Shown: positions 40,701-55,700 of the stretch, piece by piece | How positions within the stretch are numbered: the stretch's first letter is position 1 | How the letters are laid out: the number at the start of each line of letters is the position of its first letter | Assembly: GCA_964016885.1 (NCBI GenBank) | Contig: OZ024741.1 | Span: 25,172,001 to 25,236,000, forward strand | DNA length: 64,000 nucleotides | Origin: Eledone cirrhosa | Lineage: Eukaryota | Direction: 5' to 3' | The notes under the pieces: model-generated | Told to the model about the DNA's origin: nothing | Seen by the model: only the letters and a program-made list of their open reading frames with translations | The model's database searches: none | Made by a program: the position numbers and the translations under genes

Positions 40701-43700
40701 GTAGTGGTACCAACAACAGTAGTGGTACCAACAACAACAGTAGTGGTACCAACAACAACAGTAGTGGTACCAACAACAACAGTAGTGGTACCAACAACAG
40801 TAGAGTACCAACAACAGTAGTGGCACCAACAACAACAGTAGTGGTACGAACAACAACAGTAGTGGTCCCAACAACAGCAGTGGTACCAACAACAACAGTA
40901 GTGGTACCAACAACAGTAGTGGTACTAACAACAGTAGTGGTACCAACAACAACAGTAGTGGTACCAACAACAACAGTAGTGGTACCAACAACAACAGTAG
41001 TGGTACCAACAACAACAGTAGTGGTACCAACAACAACAGTAGTGGTACCAACAACAGCAGTGGTACCAACAACAACAGTAGTGGTACGAACAACAGTAGT
41101 GGTCCCAACAACAACAGTAGTGGTACTAACAACAGTAGTGGTACCAACAACAACAGTAGTGGTACCAACAACAACAGTAGTGGTACCAACAACAACAGTA
41201 GTGGTACCAACAACAGCAGTGGTACCAACAACAACAGTAGTGGTACCAACAACAGTAGCGGTACCAACAACAACAGTAGTGGTACGAACAACAACAGTAG
41301 TGGTCCCAACAACAGCAGTGGTACCAACAACAACAGTAGTGGTACCAACAACAGTAGTGGTACCAACATCAACAGTAGTGGTACCAACAACAACAGTAGT
41401 GGTACCAACAACAGTAGTGGTACCAACATCAACAGTAGTGGTACCAACAACAACAGTAGTGGTACCAACAACAACAACAGTAGTGGTACCAACAACAGTA
41501 GTGGTACCAACAACAGTAGTGGTACCATCAACAGTAGTGGTACCAACTACAGTAGTGGTACCAACAACAACAGTAGCGGTACCAACAACAGTAGTGGTAC
41601 CAACAACAACAGTAGTGGTACCAACAACAGTAGTGGTACCAACAACAACAGTAGTGGTACCAACAACAACAGTAGTGGTACCAACAACAACAGTAGTGGT
41701 ACCAACAACAACAGTAGTGGTACCAACAACAACAGTAGTGGTACCAACAACAGTAGTGGTACCAACAACAACAGTAGTGGTACCAACAACAGTAGTGGTA
41801 CCAACAACAACAGTAGTGGTACCAACAACAACAGTAGTGGTACCAACAACAACAGTAGTGGTACCAACAACAACAGTAGTGGTACCAACAACAACAGTAG
41901 TGCTACCAACAACAACAGTAGTGGTACCAACAACAACAGTAGTGGTACCAACAACAAAAGTAGTGGTACCAACAACAACAGTAGTACCAACAACAACAGT
42001 AGTGGTACCAACAACAGTAGTGGTACCAACAACAACAGTAGTGGTACCAACAACAGTAGTGGTACCAACAACAACAGTAGTGGTACCAACAACAACAGTA
42101 GTGGTACCAACAACAACAGTAGTACCAACAACAACAGTAGTGGTACCAACAACAGTAGTGGTACCAACAACAACAGTAGTGGTACCAACAACAGTAGTGG
42201 TACCAACAACAACAGTAGTGGTACCAACAACAACAGTAGTGGTACCAACAACAACAGTAGTACCAACAACAACAGTAGTGGTACCAACAACAGTAGTGGT
42301 ACCAACAACAACAGTAGTGGTACCAACAACAGTAGTGGTACCAACAACAACAGTAGTGGTACCAACAACAACAGTAGTGGTACCAACAACAACAGTAGTG
42401 GTACCAACAACAACAGTAGTGGTACCAACAACAACAGCAGTGGTACCAACAACAACAGTAGTGGTACCAACAACAGTAGTGGTACCAACAACAACAGTAG
42501 TGGTACCAACAACAACAGTAGTGGTACCAACAACAACAGTAGTGGTACCAACAACAGTAGAGTACCAACAACAACAGTAGTGGCACCAACAACAACAGTA
42601 GTGGTACGAACAACAACAGTAGTGGTCCCAACAACAGCAGTGGTACCAACAACAACAGTAGTGGTACCAACAACAGTAGTGGTACTAACAACAGTAATGG
42701 TACCAACAACAACAGTAGTGGTACCAACAACAACAGTAGTGGTACCAACAACAACAGTAGTGGTACCAACAACAGCAGTGGTACCAACAACAACAGTAGT
42801 GGTACGAACAACAGTAGTGGTCCCAACAACGGCAGTGGTACCAACAACAACAGTAGTGGTACCAACAACAGTAGCGGTACCAACAACAACAGTAGTGGTA
42901 CCAACAACAACAGTAGAGTACCAACAACAACAGTAGTGGTACCAACAACAACAGTAGTGGTACCAACAACAACAGTAGTGGTACCAACAACAGTAGTGGT
43001 ACCAACAACAACAGTAGTGGTACCAACAACAACAGTAGTGGTACCAACAACAACAGTAGTGGTACCAACAACAGTAGAGTACCAACAACAACAGTAGTGG
43101 CACCAACAACAACAGTAGTGGTACGAACAACAACAGTAGTGGTCCCAACAACAGCAGTGGTACCAACAACAACAGTAGTGGTACCAACAACAGTAGTGGT
43201 ACTAACAACAGTAGTGGTACCAACAACAACAGTAGTGGTACCAACAACAACAGTAGTGGTACCAACAACAACAGTAGTGGTACCAACAACAACAGTAGTG
43301 GTACCAACAACAGTAGCGGTACCAACAACAACAGTAGTGGTACCAACAACAACAGTAGAGTACCAACAACAACAGTAGTGGTACCAACAACAACAGTAGT
43401 GGTACCAACAACAGTAGTGGTACCAACAACAACAGTAGTGGTACCAACAACAACAGTAGTGGTACCAACAACAACAGTAGTGGTACCAACAACAGTAGAG
43501 TACCAACAACAACAGTAGTGGCACCAACAACAACAGTAGTGGTACGAACAACAACAGTAGTGGTCCCAACAACAGCAGTGGTACCAACAACAACAGTAGT
43601 GGTACCAACAACAACAGTAGTGGTACCAACAACAACAGTAGAGTACCAACAACAACAGTAGTGGTACCAACAACAACAGTAGTGGTACCAACAACAGTAG

Positions 43701-46700
43701 TGGTACTAACAACAGGAGTGGTACCAACAACAACAGTAGTGGTACCAACAACAACAGTAGTGGTACCAACAACAACAGTAGTGGTACCAACAACAACAGT
43801 AGTGGTACCAACAACAGTAGAGTACCAACAACAACAGTAGTGGCACCAACAACAACAGTAGTGGTACGAACAACAGTAGTGGTCCCAACAACAGCAGTGG
43901 TACCAACAACAACAGTAGTGGTACCAACAACAGTAGTGGTACCAACAACAACAGTAGTGGTACCAACAACAACAACAGTAGTGGTACCAACAACAGTAGT
44001 GGTACCAACAACAGTAGTGGTACCAACTACAGTAGTGGTACCAACAACAGTAGTGGTACCAACAACAGAAGCGGTACCAACAACAGTAGTGGTACCAACA
44101 ACAGTAGCGGTACCAACAACAGTAGTGGTACCAACAACAGTAGTGGTACCAACAACAACAGTAGTGGTACCAACAACAACAACAGTAGTGGTACCAACAA
44201 CAGTAGTGGTACCAACAACAGTAGTGGTACCAACAACAGTAGTGGTACCAACTACAGTAGTGGTACCAACAACAACAGTAGCGGTACCAACAACAGTAGT
44301 GGTACCAACAACAACAGTAGTGGTACCAACAACAGTAGTGGTACCAACAACAGTAGCGGTACCAACAACAGTAGTGGTACCAACAACAGTAGTGGTACCA
44401 ACAACAGTAGCGGTACCAACAACAGTAGTGGTACCAACAACAGTAGCGGTACCAACAACAGTAGTGGTACCAACAACAGTAGTGGTACCAACAACAACAG
44501 TAGTGGTACCAACAACAACAGCAGTAGTGGTACCAACAACAACAGTAGTGGTACCAACAACAACAGTAGTGGTACCAACAACAGTAGTGGTACCAACAAC
44601 AACAGTAGTGGTACCAACAACAGTAGTGGTACCAACAACAACAGTAGTGGTACCAACAACAGCAGTGGTACCAACAACAACAGTAGTGGTACCAACAACA
44701 ACAGTAGTGGTACCAACAACAACAGTAGAGGTACCAACAACAACAGTAGTGGTACCAACAACAGTAGTGGTACCAACAACAACAGTAGTGGTACCAACAA
44801 CAGTAGTGGTACCAACAACAGTAGTGGTACCAACAACAGTAGTGGTACCAACAACAACAGTAGTGGTACCAACAACAATAGTAGTGGTACCAACAACAAC
44901 AGTAGTGGTACCAACAACAGCAGTGGTACCAACAACAACAGTAGTAGTACCAACAACAGTAGTGGTACCAACAACAACAGTAGTGGTACCAACAACAGTA
45001 TTGGTACCAACAACAGTAGCGGTACCAACGACAGTAGTGGTACCAACAACAGTAGTGGTACCAACTACAGTAGTGGTACCAACAACAACAGTAGTGGTAC
45101 CAACAACAGTAGCGGTACCAACAACAGTAGTGGTACCAACAACAGTAGTGGTACCAACAACAGTAGTGGTACCAACAACAACAGTAGTAGTACCAACAAC
45201 AGTAGTGGTACCAACAACAGTAGTGGTACCAACAGCAACAGTAGTGGTACCAACAACAGTAGTGGTACCAACAACAGTAGCGGTACCAACGACAGTAGTG
45301 GTACCAACAACAGTAGTGGTACCAACAACAGTAGTGGTACCAACAACAGTAGTGGTACCAACAACAACAGTAATGGTACCAACAACAGTAGTGGTACCAA
45401 CAACAGTAGTGGTACCAACAACAGTAGTGGTACCAACAACAGTAGTGGTACCAACAACAACAGTAGCGGTACCAACAACAGTAGTGGTACCAACAACAGT
45501 AGTGGTACCAACAACAGTAGTGGTACCAACAACAACAGTAGTAGTACCAACAACAGTAGTGGTACCAACAACAACAGTAGTGGTACCAACAGCAACAGTA
45601 GTGGTACCAACAACAGTAGTGGTACCAACAACAGTAGCGGTACCAACGACAGTAGTGGTACCAACAACAGTAGTGGTACCAACAACAGTAGTGGTACCAA
45701 CAACAGTAGTGGTACCAACAACAACAGTAGTGGTACCAACAACAACAGTAGTGGTACCAACAACAGTAGTGGTACCAACAACAACAGTAGTGGTACCAAC
45801 AGCAACAGTAGTGGTACCAACAACAACAGTAGAGGCACCATCAACAACAGTAGTGGTACCAACAACAGTAGTGGTACCAACAACAACAGTAGTAGTACCA
45901 ACAACAACAGTAGTGGTACCAACAACAGTAGTGGTACCAACAACAGTAGTGGTACCAACAACAGCAGTGGTACCAACAACAACAGTAGTGGTACCAACAA
46001 CAATAGTAGTGGTACCAACAACAGTAGTGGTACCAACAACAACAGTAATAGTACCAACAACAACAACAGTAGTGGTACCAACAACAGTAGTGGTACCAAC
46101 AACGGTAGTGGTATCAACAACAACAGTAGTGGTACCAACAACAGTAGTGGTACCAACAACAACAGTAGTGGTACCAACAACAGTAGTGGTACCAACAACA
46201 ACAGTAGTGGTACCAACAACAGTAGTGGTACCAACAACAACAGTAGTGGTACCAACAACAACAGTAGTGGTACCAACAACAGTAGTGGTACCAACAACAA
46301 CAGTAGTGGTACCAACAACAACAGTAGTGGTACCAACAACAACAGTAGTGGTACCAACAACAGTAGTGGTACCAACAACAACAGTAGTGGTACCAACAAC
46401 AGTAGTGGTACCAACAACAACAGTAGTGGTACCAACAACAACAGTAGTGGTACCAACAACAACAGTAGTGGTACCAACAACAACAGTAGTGCTACCAACA
46501 ACAACAGTAGTGGTACCAACAACAACAGTAGTGGTACCAACAACAACAGTAGTGGTACCAACAACAACAGTAGTACCAACAACAACAGTAGTGGTACCAA
46601 CAACAGTAGTGGTACCAACAACAACAGTAGTGGTACCAACAACAGTAGTGGTACCAACAACAACAGTAGTGGTACCAACAACAACAGTAGTGGTACCAAC

Positions 46701-49700
46701 AACAACAGTAGTACCAACAACAACAGTAGTGGTACCAACAACAGTAGTGGTACCAACAACAACAGTAGTGGTACCAACAACAGTAGTGGTACCAACAACA
46801 ACAGTAGTGGTACCAACAACAACAATAGTGGTACCAACAACAACAGTAGTACCAACAACAACAGTAGTGGTACCAACAACAGTAGTGGTACCAACAACAA
46901 CAGTAGTGGTACCAACAACAGTAGTGGTACCAACAACAACAGTAGTGGTACCAACAACAACAGTAGTACAAACAACAACAGTAGTGGTACCAACAACAGT
47001 AGTGGTACCAACAACAACAGTAGTGGTACCAACAACAGTAGTGGTACCAACAACAACAGTAGTGGTACCAACAACAACAGTAGTGGTACCAACAACAACA
47101 GTAGAGCTACCAACAACAACAGTAGTGGTACCAACAACAACAGCAGTGGTACCAACAACAACAGTAGTGGTACCAACAACAGTAGTGGTACCAACAACAA
47201 CAGTAGTGGTACCAACAACAGTAGTGGTACCAACAACAACAGTAGTGGTACCAACAACAGTAGTGGTACCAACAACAACAGTAGTGGTACCAACAACAAC
47301 AGTAGTGGTACCAACAACAACAGTAGTGGTACCAGCAACAGTAGAGTACCAACAACAACAGTAGTGGCACCAACAACAACAGTAGTGGTACGAACAACAA
47401 CAGTAGTGGTCCCAACAACAGCAGTGGTACCAACAACAACAGTAGTGGTACCAACAACAGTAGTGGTACTAACAACAGTAGTGGTACCAACAACAACAGT
47501 AGTGGTACCAACAACAACAGTAGTGGTACCAACAACAACAGTAGTGGTACCAACAACAACAGTAGTGGTACCAACAACAACAGTAGTGGTACCAACAACA
47601 GCAGTGGTACCAACAAAAACAGTAGTGGTACGAAAAACAGTAGTGGTCCCAACAACAGCAGTGGTACCAACAACAACAGTAGTGGTACCAACAACAGTAG
47701 CGGTACCAACAACAACAGTAGTGGTACCAACAACAACAGTAGAGTACCAACAACAACAGTAGTGGTACCAACAACAACAGTAGTGGTACCAACAACAACA
47801 GTAGTGGTACCAACAACAGTAGTGGTACCAACAACAACAGTAGTGGTACCAACAACAACAGTAGTGGTACCAACAACAACAGTAGTGGTACCAACAACAG
47901 TAGAGTACCAACAACAACAGTAGTGGCACCAACAACAACAGTAGTGGTACGAACAACAACAGTAGTGGTCCCAACAACAGCAGTGGTACCAACAACAACA
48001 GTAGTGGTACCAACAACAGTAGTGGTACTAACAACAGTAGTGGTACCAACAACAACAGTAGTGGTACCAACAACAACAGTAGTGGTACCAACAACAACAG
48101 TAGTGGTACCAACAACAACAGTAGTGGTACCAACAACAACAGTAGTGGTACCAACAACAGCAGTGGTACCAACAACAACAGTAGTGGTACGAACAACAGT
48201 AGTGGTCCCAACAACAACAGTAGTGGTACTAACAACAGTAGTGGTACCAACAACAACAGTAGTGGTACCAACAACAACAGTAGTGGTACCAACAACAACA
48301 GTAGTGGTACCAACAACAGCAGTGGTACCAACAACAACAGTAGTGGTACCAACAACAGTAGCGGTACCAACAACAACAGTAGTGGTACGAACAACAACAG
48401 TAGTGGTCCCAACAACAGCAGTGGTACCAACAACAACAGTAGTGGTACCAACAACAGTAGTGGTACCAACATCAACAGTAGTGGTACCAACAACAACAGT
48501 AGTGGTACCAACAACAGTAGTGGTACCAACATCAACAGTAGTGGTACCAACAACAACAGTAGTGGTACCAACAACAACAACAGTAGTGGTACCAACAACA
48601 GTAGTGGTACCAACAACAGTAGTGGTACCATCAACAGTAGTGGTACCAACTACAGTAGTGGTACCAACAACAACAGTAGCGGTACCAACAACAGTAGTGG
48701 TACCAACAACAACAGTAGTGGTACCAACAACAGTAGTGGTACCAACAACAACAGTAGTGGTACCAACAACAACAGTAGTGGTACCAACAACAACAGTAGT
48801 GGTACCAACAACAACAGTAGTGGTACCAACAACAACAGTAGTGGTACCAACAACAGTAGTGGTACCAACAACAACAGTAGTGGTACCAACAACAGTAGTG
48901 GTACCAACAACAACAGTAGTGGTACCAACAACAACAGTAGTGGTACCAACAACAACAGTAGTGGTACCAACAACAACAGTAGTGGTACCAACAACAACAG
49001 TAGTGCTACCAACAACAACAGTAGTGGTACCAACAACAACAGTAGTGGTACCAACAACAACAGTAGTACCAACAACAACAGTAGTGGTACCAACAACAGT
49101 AGTGGTACCAACAACAACAGTAGTGGTACCAACAACAGTAGTGGTACCAACAACAACAGTAGTGGTACCAACAACAACAGTAGTGGTACCAACAACAACA
49201 GTAGTACCAACAACAACAGTAGTGGTACCAACAACAGTAGTGGTACCAACAACAACAGTAGTGGTACCAACAACAGTAGTGGTACCAACAACAACAGTAG
49301 TGGTACCAACAACAACAGTAGTGGTACCAACAACAACAGTAGTACCAACAACAACAGTAGTGGTACCAACAACAGTAGTGGTACCAACAACAACAGTAGT
49401 GGTACCAACAACAGTAGTGGTACCAACAACAACAGTAGTGGTACCAACAACAACAGTAGTGGTACCAACAACAACAGTAGTGGTACCAACAACAACAGTA
49501 GTGGTACCAACAACAACAGCAGTGGTACCAACAACAACAGTAGTGGTACCAACAACAGTAGTGGTACCAACAACAACAGTAGTGGTACCAACAACAGTAG
49601 TGGTACCAACAACAACAGTAGTGGTACCAACAACAGTAGTGGTACCAACAACAACAGTAGTGGTACCAACAACAACAGTAGTGGTACCAACAACAACAGT

Positions 49701-52700
49701 AGTGGTACCAACAACAGTAGAGTACCAACAACAACAGTAGTGGCACCAACAACAACAGTAGTGGTACGAACAACAACAGTAGTGGTCCCAACAACAGCAG
49801 TGGTACCAACAACAACAGTAGTGGTACCAACAACAGTAGTGGTACTAACAACAGTAATGGTACCAACAACAACAGTAGTGGTACCAACAACAACAGTAGT
49901 GGTACCAACAACAACAGTAGTGGTACCAACAACAGCAGTGGTACCAACAACAACAGTAGTGGTACGAACAACAGTAGTGGTCCCAACAACGGCAGTGGTA
50001 CCAACAACAACAGTAGTGGTACCAACAACAGTAGCGGTACCAACAACAACAGTAGTGGTACCAACAACAACAGTAGAGTACCAACAACAACAGTAGTGGT
50101 ACCAACAACAACAGTAGTGGTACCAACAACAACAGTAGTGGTACCAACAACAGTAGTGGTACCAACAACAACAGTAGTGGTACCAACAACAACAGTAGTG
50201 GTACCAACAACAACAGTAGTGGTACCAACAACAGTAGAGTACCAACAACAACAGTAGTGGCACCAACAACAACAGTAGTGGTACGAACAACAACAGTAGT
50301 GGTCCCAACAACAGCAGTGGTACCAACAACAACAGTAGTGGTACCAACAACAGTAGTGGTACTAACAACAGTAGTGGTACCAACAACAACAGTAGTGGTA
50401 CCAACAACAACAGTAGTGGTACCAACAACAACAGTAGTGGTACCAACAACAACAGTAGTGGTACCAACAACAGTAGCGGTACCAACAACAACAGTAGTGG
50501 TACCAACAACAACAGTAGAGTACCAACAACAACAGTAGTGGTACCAACAACAACAGTAGTGGTACCAACAACAGTAGTGGTACCAACAACAACAGTAGTG
50601 GTACCAACAACAACAGTAGTGGTACCAACAACAACAGTAGTGGTACCAACAACAGTAGAGTACCAACAACAACAGTAGTGGCACCAACAACAACAGTAGT
50701 GGTACGAACAACAACAGTAGTGGTCCCAACAACAGCAGTGGTACCAACAACAACAGTAGTGGTATCAACAACAACAGTAGTGGTACCAACAACAACAGTA
50801 GAGTACCAACAACAACAGTAGTGGTACCAACAACAACAGTAGTGGTACCAACAACAGTAGTGGTACTAACAACAGTAGTGGTACCAACAACAACAGTAGT
50901 GGTACCAACAACAACAGTAGTGGTACCAACAACAACAGTAGTGGTACCAACAACAACAGTAGTGGTACCAACAACAGTAGAGTACCAACAACAACAGTAG
51001 TGGCACCAACAACAACAGTAGTGGTACGAACAACAGTAGTGGTCCCAACAACAGCAGTGGTACCAACAACAACAGTAGTGGTACCAACAACAGTAGTGGT
51101 ACCAACAACAACAGTAGTGGTACCAACAACAACAACAGTAGTGGTACCAACAACAGTAGTGGTACCAACAACAGTAGTGGTACCAACTACAGTAGTGGTA
51201 CCAACAACAGTAGTGGTACCAACAACAGAAGCGGTACCAACAACAGTAGTGGTACCAACAACAGTAGCGGTACCAACAACAGTAGTGGTACCAACAACAG
51301 TAGTGGTACCAACAACAACAGTAGTGGTACCAACAACAACAACAGTAGTGGTACCAACAACAGTAGTGGTACCAACAACAGTAGTGGTACCAACAACAGT
51401 AGTGGTACCAACTACAGTAGTGGTACCAACAACAACAGTAGCGGTACCAACAACAGTAGTGGTACCAACAACAACAGTAGTGGTACCAACAACAGTAGTG
51501 GTACCAACAACAGTAGCGGTACCAACAACAGTAGTGGTACCAACAACAGTAGTGGTACCAACAACAGTAGCGGTACCAACAACAGTAGTGGTACCAACAA
51601 CAGTAGCGGTACCAACAACAGTAGTGGTACCAACAACAGTAGTGGTACCAACAACAACAGTAGTGGTACCAACAACAACAGCAGTAGTGGTACCAACAAC
51701 AACAGTAGTGGTACCAACAACAACAGTAGTGGTACCAACAACAGTAGTGGTACCAACAACAACAGTAGTGGTACCAACAACAGCAGTGGTACCAACAACA
51801 ACAGTAGTGGTACCAACAACAACAGTAGTGGTACCAACAACAACAGTAGAGGTACCAACAACAACAGTAGTGGTACCAACAACAGCAGTGGTACCAACAA
51901 CAACAGTAGTGGTACCAACAACAACAGTAGTGGTACCAACAACAACAGTAGAGGTACCAACAACAACAGTAGTGGTACCAACAACAGTAGTGGTACCAAC
52001 AACAACAGTAGTGGTACCAACAACAGTAGTGGTACCAACAACAGTAGTGGTACCAACAACAGTAGTGGTACCAACAACAACAGTAGTGGTACCAACAACA
52101 ATAGTAGTGGTACCAACAACAACAGTAGTGGTACCAACAACAGCAGTGGTACCAACAACAACAGTAGTAGTACCAACAACAGTAGTGGTACCAACAACAA
52201 CAGTAGTGGTACCAACAACAGTATTGGTACCAACAACAGTAGCGGTACCAACGACAGTAGTGGTACCAACAACAGTAGTGGTACCAACTACAGTAGTGGT
52301 ACCAACAACAACAGTAGTGGTACCAACAACAGTAGCGGTACCAACAACAGTAGTGGTACCAACAACAGTAGTGGTACCAACAACAGTAGTGGTACCAACA
52401 ACAACAGTAGTAGTACCAACAACAGTAGTGGTACCAACAACAGTAGTGGTACCAACAGCAACAGTAGTGGTACCAACAACAGTAGTGGTACCAACAACAG
52501 TAGCGGTACCAACGACAGTAGTGATACCAACAACAGTAGTGGTACCAACAACAGTAGTGGTACCAACAACAGTAGTGGTACCAACAACAACAGTAATGGT
52601 ACCAACAACAGTAGTGGTACCAACAACAGTAGTGGTACCAACAACAGTAGTGGTACCAACAACAGTAGTGGTACCAACAACAACAGTAGCGGTACCAACA

Positions 52701-55700
52701 ACAGTAGTGGTACCAACAACAGTAGTGGTACCAACAACAGTAGTGGTACCAACAACAACAGTAGTAGTACCAACAACAGTAGTGGTACCAACAACAGTAG
52801 TGGTACCAACAGCAACAGTAGTGGTACCAACAACAGTAGTGGTACCAACAACAGTAGCGGTACCAACGACAGTAGTGGTACCAACAACAGTAGTGGTACC
52901 AACAACAGTAGTGGTACCAACAACAGTAGTGGTACCAACAACAACAGTAGTGGTACCAACAACAACAGTAGTGGTACCAACAACAGTAGTGGTACCAACA
53001 ACAACAGTAGTGGTACCAACAGCAACAGTAGTGGTACCAACAACAACAGTAGAGGTACCATCAACAACAGTAGTGGTACCAACAACAGTAGTGGTACCAA
53101 CAACAACAGTAGTAGTACCAACAACAACAGTAGTGGTACCAACAACAGTAGTGGTACCAACAACAGTAGTGGTACCAACAACAGCAGTGGTACCAACAAC
53201 AACAGTAGTGGTACCAACAACAATAGTAGTGGTACCAACAACAGTAGTGGTACCAACAACAACAGTAATAGTACCAACAACAACAACAGTAGTGGTACCA
53301 ACAACAGTAGTGGTACCAACAACGGTAGTGGTATCAACAACAACAGTAGTGGTACCAACAACAGTAGTGGTACCAACAACAACAGTAGTGGTACCAACAA
53401 CAGTAGTGGTACCAACAACAACAGTAGTGGTACCAACAACAGTAGTGGTACCAACAACAACAGTAGTGGTACCAACAACAACAGTAGTGGTACCAACAAC
53501 AGTAGTGGTACCAACAACAACAGTAGTGGTACCAACAACAGTAGCGGTACCAACAACAGTAGTGGTACCAACAACAGTAGTGGTACCAACTACAGTAGTG
53601 GTACCAACAACAACAGTAGTGGTACCAACAACAGTAGCGGTACCAACAACAGTAGTGGTACCAACAACAGTAGTGGTACCAACTACAGTAGTGGTACCAA
53701 CAACAACAGTAGCGGTACCAACAACAGTAGTGGTACCAACAACAACAGTAGTGGTACCAACAACAGTAGTGGTACCAACAACAGTAGCGGTACCAACAAC
53801 AGTAGTGGTACCAACAACAGTAGCGGTACCAACAACAGTAGTGGTACCAACTACAGTAGTGGTACCAACAACAACAGTAGTGGTACCAACAACAGTAGTG
53901 GTACCAACAACAGTAGTGGTACCAACAACAACAGTAGTGGTACCAACAACAACAGTAGTGGTACCAACAACAACAGTAGTGGTACCAACAACAACAGTAG
54001 TGGTACCAACAACAGTAGTGGTATGAACAACAACAGTAGTTGTACCAACAACAACAGCAGTGGTACCAACAACAACAGTAGTGGTACCAACAACAACAGT
54101 AGTGGTACCAACAACAACAGTAGTGGTACCAACAACAGTAGTGGTACCAACAACAACAGTAGTGGTACCAACAACAGCAGTGGTACCAACAACAGTAGTG
54201 GTACCAACAACAACAGTAGAGGTACCAACAACAACAGTAGTGGTACCAACAACAGTAGTGGTACCAACAACAACAGTAGTGGTACCAACAACAGCAGTGG
54301 TACCAACAACAACAGTAGTGGTACCAACAACAGTAGTGGTACCAACAACAGTAGTGGTACCAACAACAGTAGTGGTACCAACAACAACAGTAGTGGTACC
54401 AACAACAATAGTAGTGGTACCAACAACAGTAGTGGTACCAACAACAACAGTAGTAGTACCAACAACAGTAGTGGTACCAACAACAACAGTAGTGGTACCA
54501 ACAACAGTAGTGGTACCAACAACAGTAGTGGTACCAACAACAACAGTAGTGGTACCAACAACAGTAGCGGTACCAACAACAGTAGTGGTACCAACGACAG
54601 TAGTGGTACCATCAACAGTAGTGGTACCAACTACAGTAGTGGTACCAACAACAACAGTAGTGGTACCAACAACAGTAGCGGTACCAACAACAGTAGTGGT
54701 ACCAACAACAGTAGTGGTACCAACTACTGTAGTGGTACCAAGAACAACAGTAGTAGTACCAACAACAACAGTAGTGGTACCAACAACAGTAGTAGTACCA
54801 ACAACAACAGTAGTGGTACCAACAACAGTAGTGGTACCAACAACAGTAGTGGTACCAACAACAGCAGTGGTACCAACAACAACAGTAGTGGTACCAACAA
54901 CAGCAGTGGTACCAACAACAACAGTAGTGGTACCAACAACAACAGTAGAGTACCAACAACAACAGTAGTGGTACCAACAACAACAGTAGTGGTACCAACA
55001 ACAACAGTAGTGGTACCAACAACAGTAGTGGTACCAACAACAACAGTAGTGGTACCAACAACAACAGTAGTGGTACCAACAACAGTAGAGTACCAACAAC
55101 AACAGTAGTGGCACCAACAACAGTAGTGGTACGAACAACAACAGTAGTGGTCCCAACAACAGCAGTGGTACCAACAACAACAGTAGTGGTACCAACAACA
55201 GTAGTGGTACCAACAACAACAGTAGTGGTACCAACAACAACAGTAGTGGTACCAACAACAACAACAGTAGTGGTACCAACAACAGTAGTGGTACCAACAA
55301 CAGTAGTGGTACCAACTACAGTAGTGGTACCAACAACAGTAGTGGTACCAACAACAGTAGCGGTACCAACAACAGTAGTGGTACCAACAACAGTAGTGGT
55401 ACCAACAACAACAGTAGTGGTACCAACAACAACAACAGTAGTGGTACCAACAACAGTAGTGGTACCAACAACAGTAGTGGTACCAACAACAGTAGTGGTA
55501 CCAACTACAGTAGTGGTACCAACAACAACAGTAGCGGTACCAACAACAGTAGTGGTACCAACAACAACAGTAGTGGTACCAACAACAGTAGTGGTACCAA
55601 CAACAGTAGCGGTACCAACAACAGTAGTGGTACCAACAACAGTAGTGGTACCAACAACAGTAGCGGTACCAACAACAGTAGTGGTACCAACAACAGTAGC